Source: Candidatus Troglogloeales bacterium
GTDB taxonomy: Bacteria; Nitrospirota; Nitrospiria; SBBL01; SBBT01
Assembly: GCA_005239595.1 (NCBI GenBank)
Contig: SBBT01000043.1
Span: 1-51,330, forward strand
Length of the DNA: 51,330 nucleotides
Direction: 5' to 3'
The first letter of the stretch is position 1. Every line of letters starts with the position of its first letter. Below, piece by piece: positions 18,244 through 26,575 of the stretch. The notes under the pieces are model-generated. The model was not told the origin of the DNA. It did no database searches and saw only the letters and a list, made by a program, of their open reading frames with translations. A program made the translations under genes and the position numbers.

Positions 18244-20148
18244 ATTTAAGAATCGTTTAAGATTTCCCCGTTTTGGGGTTCTGTCAACTCCGAGCAACAC
18301 CCCTTCCTCTTCTGTCGCCAACCAGACAAGGCCGTCTGCCATTGGCAGCACATCGTTCACCTGACGCTCGTAGACCCCACCCCCATGAAGGTGCGCGTGA
18401 TGCCAGCTTTCTCCCCCATTCGCGCTAACGTAAAGCCCGCTGGTCGATCCGATGTAGAGCACGTCGCGATCATCAGGATGGACCACGAACGATATCATAC
18501 GCCCTTCACGAGGGGGCGTTCCGGTCTTCATCCAGCCGGACTGATCACCCTTCCATATCCCATCATTCGTTGCGGCAAAAAGTCGACCCCTGTCCCGCCA
18601 GGCCAAGAATTGAAAAGGGGATGGGGCTGTCACCTTTTCCCATTGGCCAGCCGACTTTATCCAGACAGCATCTGAAACAACGGCCAGGACTTCTGCCCCA
18701 TCGAGGGCCAAGGCGGTCACAGGGCCGGGGTCAACCGGCTCAACCCTCGTCCAGCTCTTTCCGTGATTAGAAGAGACAAAGAGCCCCGCTTCCGTGCCGG
18801 CATAGACGTGGCCTGCCTTATCAATGCCGATGGAGGCCACCTTCCATGGAAGAACCCATTCCACCGGATCCCATCGATGACGGCCAAGCTGTCTTTTATA
18901 GACCCCGCCATCAGTCACAATGTAAATAAAGGTGGCGCCCCGCGCCATGGTGCGCACCGAAAGATTCACCAACCCAACATTATCGGCGATCCAGAGATTA
19001 TTCCGACTCCTGAACATCCCTTTTCCATCGGTTCCAACCGTAATCCCTTCTTTATCGTAACCAATAGTCTTCACGGGAGAAATCAGCAATCCCTTATGAA
19101 GCGAACGCCACGGGGCGCCCCACCTTCCAAAAAAAAGTCCGCCGCCGGTGCCGGCGTAGAGATTCCCCGACTCATTAACCGCCAAAGTGTGGATCTGCAG
19201 ATCGGTCATCCCTTCATGCCAGGGAGACCAGAGTTCCCCATGATTTTCACTATAAAAAACTCCTTCTCCTGTTCCGGCATAGAGGAAACCCCGCTGATCC
19301 GCTACAAGGGCCCGTATAGAAAGATTATTGAGCCCCCTATTGACACGATTCCACTGCGTCCCGCCATCCTCATTTCGAAAAACGCCGGCGCTCAATGTCC
19401 CCGCAAAAAGCGTTCCATTTTTTCCGATGACTAATGTCCGAACAGTCCGCTCTTCCATTCCCTGATCATAAAATCCTCGGCCCCACTCCCGCCATTGATC
19501 CTCTCCAGGTTTCCTTTTAAAAATTCCCCTCCCTTGTGTAGCGGCATAAAGAACGCCGTCTTTGTCCGCCACGATACTGCGCACCAGAACACTTCCCATT
19601 CCTTCATTGAAAGGGACCCAATGTCCTCCCTGATCATGGCTGGTATAGACCCCCTGGCCTGTTCCCGCAAAAAGTTGTTTCGTGGGGAGTGCGGCCACGA
19701 CATGGACCTCTGTATTTTCCAGGCCCAGATTGGCCGACGACCACTGGCGTCCGTCATCATGGCTTATGAAAAGTCCCGCGCGGATCGTTCCCGCAAAAAG
19801 AAGCCCCTCTTTCACCCGCGTTATATTCAATATGAACTTATCATTTAAACCGATATTCGCCGGCACCCAATGTGCTCCTCCATCCTCGCTTCGGAAAACG
19901 CCCTCTCCATACGTTCCAACAAATAATGCTTGATCCCTACCGGCGGCAACGGCCTGAACCACGCCGACTCCAAACGGCCCCCCGGTATGATAGAGGGTGA
20001 TTCCTGCGCCAGGAGGATGGTAATCGGGACGCTGCTGGATTATTTTGACAAACGGGATGGGAGCAGGATTCGGTTTCCTCGAGAAGACGAAGAAACCACC
20101 CACCACCATTGCAGCAAGAAAAATCGCGCCTATCTTACCTCTTGTCAT
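18235..20148 (-). CDS. Membrane-anchored BNR/Asp-box repeat beta-propeller protein (Ycf48/sialidase-like fold)
   Basis: 637-aa ORF with an N-terminal TM anchor and at least 7 Asp-box-like repeats (SEDGGAHW, SHDDGRQW, SHDQGGHW, NEDGGTQW, SENHGELW, SSNHGKSW, SANGGESW). It overlaps the tatC stop by 14 nt. Confidence 0.7.
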   Translation of the reverse strand: MTRGKIGAIFLAAMVVGGFFVFSRKPNPAPIPFVKIIQQRPDYHPPGAGITLYHTGGPFGVGVVQAVAAGRDQALFVGTYGEGVFRSEDGGAHWVPANIGLNDKFILNITRVKEGLLFAGTIRAGLFISHDDGRQWSSANLGLENTEVHVVAALPTKQLFAGTGQGVYTSHDQGGHWVPFNEGMGSVLVRSIVADKDGVLYAATQGRGIFKRKPGEDQWREWGRGFYDQGMEERTVRTLVIGKNGTLFAGTLSAGVFRNEDGGTQWNRVNRGLNNLSIRALVADQRGFLYAGTGEGVFYSENHGELWSPWHEGMTDLQIHTLAVNESGNLYAGTGGGLFFGRWGAPWRSLHKGLLISPVKTIGYDKEGITVGTDGKGMFRSRNNLWIADNVGLVNLSVRTMARGATFIYIVTDGGVYKRQLGRHRWDPVEWVLPWKVASIGIDKAGHVYAGTEAGLFVSSNHGKSWTRVEPVDPGPVTALALDGAEVLAVVSDAVWIKSAGQWEKVTAPSPFQFLAWRDRGRLFAATNDGIWKGDQSGWMKTGTPPREGRMISFVVHPDDRDVLYIGSTSGLYVSANGGESWHHAHLHGGGVYERQVNDVLPMADGLVWLATEEEGVLLGVDRTPKRGNLKRFLNLR

Positions 20149-20896
20149 CCCCCGCAGTCTCCTGCCTCTTCATATCCCCCGTTCCCAAAATGCGAACCGC
20201 CACAATGCCAATCTCATAAAGACAAATCATCGGAACGGCCATCATACATTGGTTAAAGATGTCCGGTGTCGGCGTAAGAATGGCTGCGATGAAAAACACG
20301 GCCAAGATAGCATATTTTCGATGCCCCGTCAGATTCTCTACGGTCAGCAACCCTATTTTTGACAACAAGATCATGACAACCGGAAGCTCAAAAATCAGGC
20401 CGAAGGCGATCAGAAACTTCAACACGAAATCCACATACATTGAAATGGAAATTTGAGGCGTAAGCCCGCTCTGCCGTCCATAATCGATCAGAAAACGCAA
20501 GGCAAAGGGGAGGGCAACGCTATAACAAAATGCAATTCCAAGGAAAAAAAAGAAGACGGCAAAAATCAGGAACGGACGATATTGTCTGCGTTCTTCTACA
20601 AGCAAGCCGGGAGATACGAATCCCCAAACCTCATAGACGATAAAAGGGAGTGAGCAGAGGAAACCGATGAAAAGGGCAATCTTTAAATCGGTCCAAAAGG
20701 CCTCCGCCGGTGAAAGGAAAACCAGGGGGGCATCCAGGAGGCTGTGAAACCACGATACCACCTCGGCAGACAAATAAAAGGCACTACAGAAGAAAAAGAA
20801 GAGGACAAAAAGGGATTTTATGAGGCGGCGCCGAAGCTCTCGGAGGTGTCCGCTGATCGGCATCGCTACCGCATCTTTACCTCCGATCTCTTTCAC
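20135..20896 (-). CDS. tatC: Twin-arginine translocase subunit TatC
   Basis: The HLRELRRRLIKS start motif, 6 TM helices and the conserved FYLSAEV...SPAEAF region are present. The start is either the GTG at 20896 or the ATG at 20863 (MPISGHL). Confidence 0.9.
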   Translation of the reverse strand: MKEIGGKDAVAMPISGHLRELRRRLIKSLFVLFFFFCSAFYLSAEVVSWFHSLLDAPLVFLSPAEAFWTDLKIALFIGFLCSLPFIVYEVWGFVSPGLLVEERRQYRPFLIFAVFFFFLGIAFCYSVALPFALRFLIDYGRQSGLTPQISISMYVDFVLKFLIAFGLIFELPVVMILLSKIGLLTVENLTGHRKYAILAVFFIAAILTPTPDIFNQCMMAVPMICLYEIGIVAVRILGTGDMKRQETAGDDKR

Positions 20897-21104
20897 CCTC
20901 GTCGAACCCTTCCTGAACTTTTAGCCCTTTTTGTATTGGATCGATCTCCTTTTCAAAACCGGTGCGGAACTCTTCGCTCGCCCGTCGAATGACATAAACC
21001 CCTTTTCCCAATATCCTGGCAATGGCAGGGAGTTTATCGGGCCCGAGTATGACAAGGGCCAGTGCCAACAAAAATATAAGCTCCGGAACGCCGATGCCGA
21101 ACAA
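20877..21104 (-). CDS. Sec-independent translocase TatA/TatB-family subunit (TatB-like)
   Basis: 75-aa ORF. MFGIGVPELIFLLALALVILGPDKLP is the TM helix plus hinge of the TatA/B family, followed by an amphipathic helix. Confidence 0.85.
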   Translation of the reverse strand: MFGIGVPELIFLLALALVILGPDKLPAIARILGKGVYVIRRASEEFRTGFEKEIDPIQKGLKVQEGFDEGERDRR

Positions 21105-21130
21105 TGTCTCCCCCTGAAGTTGATCTCTCT

Positions 21131-21391
21131 TTACGCAGAGGGAAGGTCGGTTGGAATTTTCCCTGTTTTCTCTGCACCGATATAGAGACGGACCATCTCC
21201 ATCATATCGTCTTTGGCCGCCAGTTTCTTTTTCTGGAAGATTTTCTTCTGAACTTCCTCTTGCGGTGTTAAAATTTTCTTTCGATTCATTTCTTGCAGTA
21301 TCTGATCAAATTCAGCATGTTTTTTCTCAACACTCCGAAAATGTCGATTTTGTTCACGCAAAACATCAATAACCCCTTTTATCTCTTCCAT
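21131..21391 (-). CDS. DUF465 (YdcH-like) small coiled-coil protein
   Basis: I chose the start at MEEIKG (ATG 21391), preceded by AAGGAGGT. The KKHAEFDQILQEMNRKKILTPQEE...KKKLAAKDDM pattern is typical of DUF465. Confidence 0.6.
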   Translation of the reverse strand: MEEIKGVIDVLREQNRHFRSVEKKHAEFDQILQEMNRKKILTPQEEVQKKIFQKKKLAAKDDMMEMVRLYIGAEKTGKIPTDLPSA

Positions 21392-21481
21392 AGGTCCTAC
21401 CTCCTTAAAATCCCTGACATGGTTCATTAACGAACGGTATCGCCTCCTTGTCTCGCCTGAAAACCTGTCTTCTCTGGTGAT

Positions 21482-21958
21482 TTAAAGAACACAATCAACA
21501 CCATATTCGAACACCAGGGCATGCTCTGTCGGTCTATCGTAATAGTTCGGGCGGCATCCGACTTCCCTGAACCCAAATTTTCTATAAAGGTTCTGGGCCA
21601 CCAGATTTGTGGCGCGAACTTCCAGCGTGGCCTTTCGAGCCCCGCTTGCCTGACCGATGCGCATCGCAAAACGAATCAATTCCCCCCCGATACCCTGCTT
21701 ACGATATGCGGGATCAACCGCCAAGTTCATCACGCTAAGGTCATCGAAAACGATTCTGAAGATAATGTACCCGACAATGCGGCAAGACTGCCTCTCCCTT
21801 GCGACGTACGATAATGAAAAGGGGGCATCTGCCAGCTCGGACAGAAACATTTTTTTCGACCAGGGAGCAGAAAAAGACGCCAGCTCTATTTCCATGACAC
21901 GTTGAATATCGGCCTTCGTCATTTTTTCAACAGATGTTAAAAAATATCGGGTCTTCAT
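21482..21958 (-). CDS. rimI: Ribosomal-protein-alanine N-acetyltransferase
   Basis: 158-aa GNAT ORF with NLAVDPAYRKQGIGGELI (acetyl-CoA site). It lies directly downstream of tsaB, the canonical pairing. Confidence 0.85.
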   Translation of the reverse strand: MKTRYFLTSVEKMTKADIQRVMEIELASFSAPWSKKMFLSELADAPFSLSYVARERQSCRIVGYIIFRIVFDDLSVMNLAVDPAYRKQGIGGELIRFAMRIGQASGARKATLEVRATNLVAQNLYRKFGFREVGCRPNYYDRPTEHALVFEYGVDCVL

Positions 21959-21979
21959 AAATCTTTATCCTGTGAGGCG

Positions 21980-22669
21980 CTACCTCGGCACAAACTCCGC
22001 TGAAGCAACCGTCATGTCGTCTGGAAGTGCCTCATGGGGTAGCACCGCTTCCCCTTTTAAGAACCGTGTAAACCCCATCTCGGCAACGAGCGATGCCATG
22101 GGAGGCTGTAAGGCCGAAGGAGGAAAGAGGGCTTTCCCGCCACACGCCTCTAAAACGGTCTCCTTATATTTTAAAACTTCCCCCCCTACAAATAATACCT
22201 CTTGTTTAAAAGATCCAATTTGACACAGCGCCTCTTCCAGAGACGAGGTCGTATCGGGACGAAGACGAAGCGGGCTCCCCTCGCGAGGATCGAACAAGGC
22301 CCAATAAACTTCTTTCCGTCTGGCATAAAGAAAGGATGCGATCAGGGCCCGGCAATAAGGAAATGCCGCCGCCATCGCCTCGAGTGTGGGGACCATGACC
22401 AGCGGTTTTTGGGAACCCATCGCAAGCCCCTTGGCGGTTGCAAGACCCACACGCAAGCCGGTGTAAGAACCCGGACCACACGACACGGCAATGGCCGCAA
22501 GATCGGTCAATGCGGTCTGGCCTACCTCTAAGAGGTGATCAATAGTACAGAGAAGCCGCTCGGAATGACGAAGCTGGATATCAAACCGACACTCCGCAAT
22601 AAGCCGCCCCTTCTCCATTAAGGCCGCTCCCCCGGCCATGGTAGCCGTTTCAATCGCTAATATCTTCAT
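21980..22669 (-). CDS. tsaB: tRNA threonylcarbamoyladenosine (t6A) biosynthesis protein TsaB
   Basis: The 229-aa product starts MKILAIETATMAGGAAL and contains GPGSYTGLRVGLATAKGLA (YeaZ family). Confidence 0.88.
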   Translation of the reverse strand: MKILAIETATMAGGAALMEKGRLIAECRFDIQLRHSERLLCTIDHLLEVGQTALTDLAAIAVSCGPGSYTGLRVGLATAKGLAMGSQKPLVMVPTLEAMAAAFPYCRALIASFLYARRKEVYWALFDPREGSPLRLRPDTTSSLEEALCQIGSFKQEVLFVGGEVLKYKETVLEACGGKALFPPSALQPPMASLVAEMGFTRFLKGEAVLPHEALPDDMTVASAEFVPR

Positions 22670-22696
22670 TCACCCTACTTTCCTCAGACAACTCTC

Positions 22697-23443
22697 TTAT
22701 AACGCTCCATCCTGGGGGATCAGGGCGACCTCCGTAAACTGTATGGCCACCCGCTCCTGTTGGGTTTCCCACTCAACAACAAATGGAATATCCTGCTGCC
22801 CGATCCTGCGATAACGATCCATCGTGACGACGGCACGCAACGCACCGGCCGGATCAAATGTCTCCACCTTTTTGACCCAGAGCGCACTTCGCTCAATCCA
22901 GACCTTTTTCTGAAGAGACGCCTTCTCCTGAGGAAACGCTACGAGTGAAAGAACAAGAAAGTCGTCCGTTTTCTCCAAAACTGGAACATACGGGGTTATT
23001 TCTGGAATACCGGCTCGCTTTATCCAATCCAGAAACTCGATTGACCCAAACGGCGCCTCTTTCTGCACAAGCTTTTCGAAGGCGTCACGGCTTAAATGAA
23101 TTGCCTTGCGTTTTAGCGGAATTGTCAAGGAAGCGGTTGACGGGGTTATTGTAAAATCAAAAAGCGTTCCGCCCAACAGATCAAATCCCTCAACTCGAAT
23201 CTGGCTATGCCCGGAGAAGAACGCAGCTTTAAATTTCTGATAACCCGATCGCGGGGAGGCGACCGTTACATTGGCGAGACCCTTAAACCCTTTTATTCCG
23301 TCCAGGCGATTCTGGTAAAGATGAAGCAGATCCTGAAGCGAGACCTCTTTTTTAATGGCCTCCTGCGGCAGATGGAAGGCGCACCCCGTTAAAACAACCA
23401 AAATCACCCACCCTGCCGTATGGGCCAGTTGAGGCATTCTCAT
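22697..23443 (-). CDS. Putative outer-membrane lipoprotein (LolB/DUF4292-like)
   Basis: 248-aa ORF with a signal peptide and lipobox VLTGC. It overlaps the radA stop by 4 nt. The fold assignment is tentative. Confidence 0.5.
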   Translation of the reverse strand: MRMPQLAHTAGWVILVVLTGCAFHLPQEAIKKEVSLQDLLHLYQNRLDGIKGFKGLANVTVASPRSGYQKFKAAFFSGHSQIRVEGFDLLGGTLFDFTITPSTASLTIPLKRKAIHLSRDAFEKLVQKEAPFGSIEFLDWIKRAGIPEITPYVPVLEKTDDFLVLSLVAFPQEKASLQKKVWIERSALWVKKVETFDPAGALRAVVTMDRYRRIGQQDIPFVVEWETQQERVAIQFTEVALIPQDGAL

Positions 23444-24828
23444 ATCACCTCCAGCGCCTCTGCCACATGGGATACACCCACCATCTTCATGCCGCCTTGA
23501 AACACCGCTTCCTCTCTTAATGCCTGCTCATTGCGCCTTGGAAGAATACACCGTTTAAAACCGAGTTTTTCCGCCTCCCGTACCCGTTGGCCTATCTGTT
23601 GGATCCCGCGAACTTCACCGGCCAGTCCCACCTCTCCAACGACAACGGTATCTGGATCAATCGGCCTTTCCCTAAAACTTGAGGCAATAGCGGTCAAGAC
23701 GCCAAGGTCTATTGCCGGTTCGTCAATTTGTATACCGCTGACCACATTCACAAAAACGTCAAAAGAAGAGAGTTGCAGACCTGCCCGCTTCTCTAAAATA
23801 GCGAGAAGGAGCGAGACCCTGCTTGGATCAACGCCTAACGCCATTCGCCGTGCCGTGCCGAAATAGGAGGGAGAAACCAGCGCCTGAAGTTCAACCAGGA
23901 TAGGACGGGTCCCCTCCTGCGCCGCAACAACGACGGAACCAGCCGCATCCCTGGGCCGTTCCGCCAAAAAAAGGCCGGAGGGGTTATCCACTTCCAGCAG
24001 GCCCGAACCCTTCATTTCAAAAACACCGACCTCATGGGTGGAACCAAACCGGTTTTTCACAGCCCGAAGAAGGCGATAAGAATGGCCTTTGTCGCCCTCA
24101 AAGTAGAGCACCGTATCGACAATGTGCTCCAGGACGCGGGGGCCGGCAATCGCCCCCTCCTTGGTCACATGCCCAATCATAAAAACAGCGACATTGGATC
24201 GCTTGGCATAGTACATGAGTTGCGCGGCCACTTCCCGAATTTGGGTAACGCTTCCAGGTGCGGAGGTCAGCTGCGACGTGTAGACCGTTTGGATGGAATC
24301 GACCACAATCGCCAAAGGTTTTATCTCTTCCGCCTGGCGAATGATGGCCTCGAAGGACGTCTCCGTCAAAACATAGAGATAGTCTGAGACGATACCAAGA
24401 CGGTCGGCCCGCATTTTAATCTGGGCAGGCGATTCTTCCCCGGACACATAGAGAATCTTCCCACGGCCACAACCAAGGGCATTAACCGACTGGAGAATCA
24501 GGGTTGACTTGCCTATGCCAGGGTCGCCGCCAATCAGCACCACCGACCCGGAAACCACCCCACCGCCTAAAACCCGATCCAGTTCTCTTAAACCGGTCTT
24601 AAAACGGGCCTCTTCTGCCAGGTTTATTTGAGAAATCGGCCTGGGTTGGGAGCCTTCTCCATTTCCCGAAACCTGCGCCACCCATCGTTCATGATCTTCG
24701 GAAGGCTGGCACTCTTCAACCAGCGAGTTCCATGTTCCACAATCAGGGCATCTTCCGAGCCATTTCTGGGACTTAAAACCACACCCCTGGCAATAAAAAA
24801 CAGTCCTTACCTTGGCCATGATGCCCAC
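23440..24828 (-). CDS. radA: DNA repair protein RadA/Sms
   Basis: 462-aa ORF with an N-terminal zinc ribbon (CQGCGFKS...CPDCGTWN), Walker A GDPGIGKST, the KNRFG motif and a Lon-like C-terminal domain. Confidence 0.95.
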   Translation of the reverse strand: MGIMAKVRTVFYCQGCGFKSQKWLGRCPDCGTWNSLVEECQPSEDHERWVAQVSGNGEGSQPRPISQINLAEEARFKTGLRELDRVLGGGVVSGSVVLIGGDPGIGKSTLILQSVNALGCGRGKILYVSGEESPAQIKMRADRLGIVSDYLYVLTETSFEAIIRQAEEIKPLAIVVDSIQTVYTSQLTSAPGSVTQIREVAAQLMYYAKRSNVAVFMIGHVTKEGAIAGPRVLEHIVDTVLYFEGDKGHSYRLLRAVKNRFGSTHEVGVFEMKGSGLLEVDNPSGLFLAERPRDAAGSVVVAAQEGTRPILVELQALVSPSYFGTARRMALGVDPSRVSLLLAILEKRAGLQLSSFDVFVNVVSGIQIDEPAIDLGVLTAIASSFRERPIDPDTVVVGEVGLAGEVRGIQQIGQRVREAEKLGFKRCILPRRNEQALREEAVFQGGMKMVGVSHVAEALEVI

Positions 24829-24907
24829 CTGAATTTAATTTTAATCGTCAGGTACAAAGAAAGCAAACTTTAGATGGACAGGAGCTGCTTACCAACAGGT
24901 CAAACAC

Positions 24908-25273
24908 CTATTGCGATGATGGAAAGGGGAAGAAAAGCCCCATGACACGGACGATAGTGTGATTACGTTCATGGGGCATAATTTGGTAGGTTTGGTTTCC
25001 AAAAAATGCAACTGCCATGGCCTGAACTTCATCAAGCCCAGGCGGGCCTAAGCGCCGGGATACGTGGAGCTGATACTGTCCGCATTCTTCGCTTCTGTCG
25101 ATACCCTTGAAAAAAACGACATCAATCCCACACAGTGTCGCCCGATGACAATCTCGCGGCACCTCGCCATCCCAACAGATTTCGACTTCCGCGGTCTCTT
25201 TCAGTAAGAGAATTTTCTGGCACTCCCCATCTGTAAAATGGAGCGTTCCCTGCCGCGCCGATGAATTTTTCAC
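24908..25273 (-). CDS. Hypothetical protein
   Basis: 121-aa ORF, 6 nt downstream of the TPR lipoprotein gene. It contains several Cys residues and matches no family I recognise. Confidence 0.4.
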   Translation of the reverse strand: MKNSSARQGTLHFTDGECQKILLLKETAEVEICWDGEVPRDCHRATLCGIDVVFFKGIDRSEECGQYQLHVSRRLGPPGLDEVQAMAVAFFGNQTYQIMPHERNHTIVRVMGLFFPFPSSQ

Positions 25274-25279
25274 AATGGC

Positions 25280-25651
25280 TTACATACCGAGATGTTTTTT
25301 TAGAATTTCCGCCTCGGCAATTTTGGGATTGGAGGCCCCTAACTCCTTGGCTTTTTTAAACGCCTCGGTCGCCTCCTGGTGTTTCCCCTGGCCATCGAGG
25401 GAGACTCCCAGGTTAAACTGGGCCTCCGCAAAATTTGGGGCCGCGGCAACCGCCTCCTGAAACATCGGAGTTGAAACATCATAATGCCCCTGCACAAGAT
25501 GGTCTACCCCTTCATTGTTTTTTGCCGCCGCGGTTTGATTGCCCATATCCGAAGGGGACATCAAGGCCGGAATTTGACTTCCTGATCCCCCGCCTCCGGA
25601 ACAGGCAGCCATCAGAAGCACCACCACTATAAACAATCCCATATTCTTCAT
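25280..25651 (-). CDS. TPR-repeat lipoprotein
   Basis: 123-aa ORF with a signal peptide and lipobox LLMAAC. TPR-like segments are present (HYDVSTPMFQEAVAAAPNFAEAQFNLGVSLDGQGKHQEATEAFKKA). Confidence 0.65.
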   Translation of the reverse strand: MKNMGLFIVVVLLMAACSGGGGSGSQIPALMSPSDMGNQTAAAKNNEGVDHLVQGHYDVSTPMFQEAVAAAPNFAEAQFNLGVSLDGQGKHQEATEAFKKAKELGASNPKIAEAEILKKHLGM

Positions 25652-25772
25652 ACCGTTCTCCTTTCATCACAAACAACATCAGTCAGTTCAAAGACGTCTG
25701 AGTATAGGCAAGTAGTTCCCGGAATGCAAGAGGACGTATGGAAAGTGTAGCAGATAGGTATAGGGACAATAC

Positions 25773-25796
25773 GTGCGAGGTAGTGTGCGAGGTATT
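25773..25796. repeat. 12-bp tandem direct repeat x2 in a divergent intergenic region
   Basis: GTGCGAGGTAGT followed by GTGCGAGGTATT, read directly from the sequence. Confidence 0.8.
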
Positions 25797-25894
25797 CCTT
25801 ACTTGCCGTATTACAGGTAAGGCTTGCTTCTCTTAAAATGTCTTCGTCGAGAGCGGGAGATTTCGTTCGGACAGTGCATTGGTACCGTTGCCGT

Positions 25895-25924
25895 GGCCAT
25901 AGAGTAAGAGGCCATAGAGCAAGA
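25895..25924. repeat. 15-bp tandem direct repeat x2 overlapping the -35 position of a candidate promoter
   Basis: GGCCATAGAGTAAGA followed by GGCCATAGAGCAAGA. A TACAAT box at 25941-25946 lies 16 nt downstream. Confidence 0.8.
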
Positions 25925-25978
25925 TGTCTTCCTTTCATGATACAATTAAACCTGCTCTGATAAAGCAGGGGCGTTTGC

Positions 25979-26575
25979 ATGGAACAGCTATTCCCAGACA
26001 TTTATACCTGGTCGTGGTATTCAGAAGAAAAAGGAATTCATTTTAATGGACACCTGTTAGTAAGCGGAGACGAACGCCTTTTAATTGATCCCCCCCCGAT
26101 CTCTTTTGAAGATCAACAAGACCTCTCTGTAACCGGCATTGATAGGATCATCCTGACCAACAGGGACCATGTCAGAAGTTCCATTGAATATCGCACCCTA
26201 TTTTGCTGTAAAATCTGGGTACCTTCGGCAGACGCCGATGAAATGGACACCATAGACCACACATTTAACGATGGGGATACCTTTCCGGGGGGGCTAAAAG
26301 TGGTCTCTATTCCCGACGGCAAATCTAAAGGAGAATCTGCCCTCTATCTTAATCGGCATGGCGGCATTTTCATACTGGGAGACGCACTGATTGGGAGACC
26401 AGATGGGGAACTTAGCCTCCTGCCGGATAAGATGTTCACCGATGTCAAAAAGGCGAGAAAAGGACTGTTTAAACTCCTGGATTATTCTTTTGATGCCGTT
26501 TTAGTCGGGGATGGGAAATCGATTTTTTCTGACGGAAAGAAGGCGGTCGAACGATGCCTTCAGGCGATAAAATAG
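25979..26575 (+). CDS. MBL-fold protein with a degenerate metal motif
   Basis: 198-aa ORF whose layout resembles small metallo-beta-lactamase-fold proteins (LLIDPP...RIILTNRDHVRS...ILGDAL). The canonical HxHxDH motif is not intact. Confidence 0.55.
   Translation: MEQLFPDIYTWSWYSEEKGIHFNGHLLVSGDERLLIDPPPISFEDQQDLSVTGIDRIILTNRDHVRSSIEYRTLFCCKIWVPSADADEMDTIDHTFNDGDTFPGGLKVVSIPDGKSKGESALYLNRHGGIFILGDALIGRPDGELSLLPDKMFTDVKKARKGLFKLLDYSFDAVLVGDGKSIFSDGKKAVERCLQAIK

Noticed and set aside
25648-26001. 117-aa minus-strand ORF spanning the divergent intergenic region.
   Set aside because: It overlaps the start codons of both well-supported flanking genes and has no SD. Its composition is odd (Cys/Thr/Leu-rich, low complexity). 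The DNA is better explained as promoter and repeat sequence.
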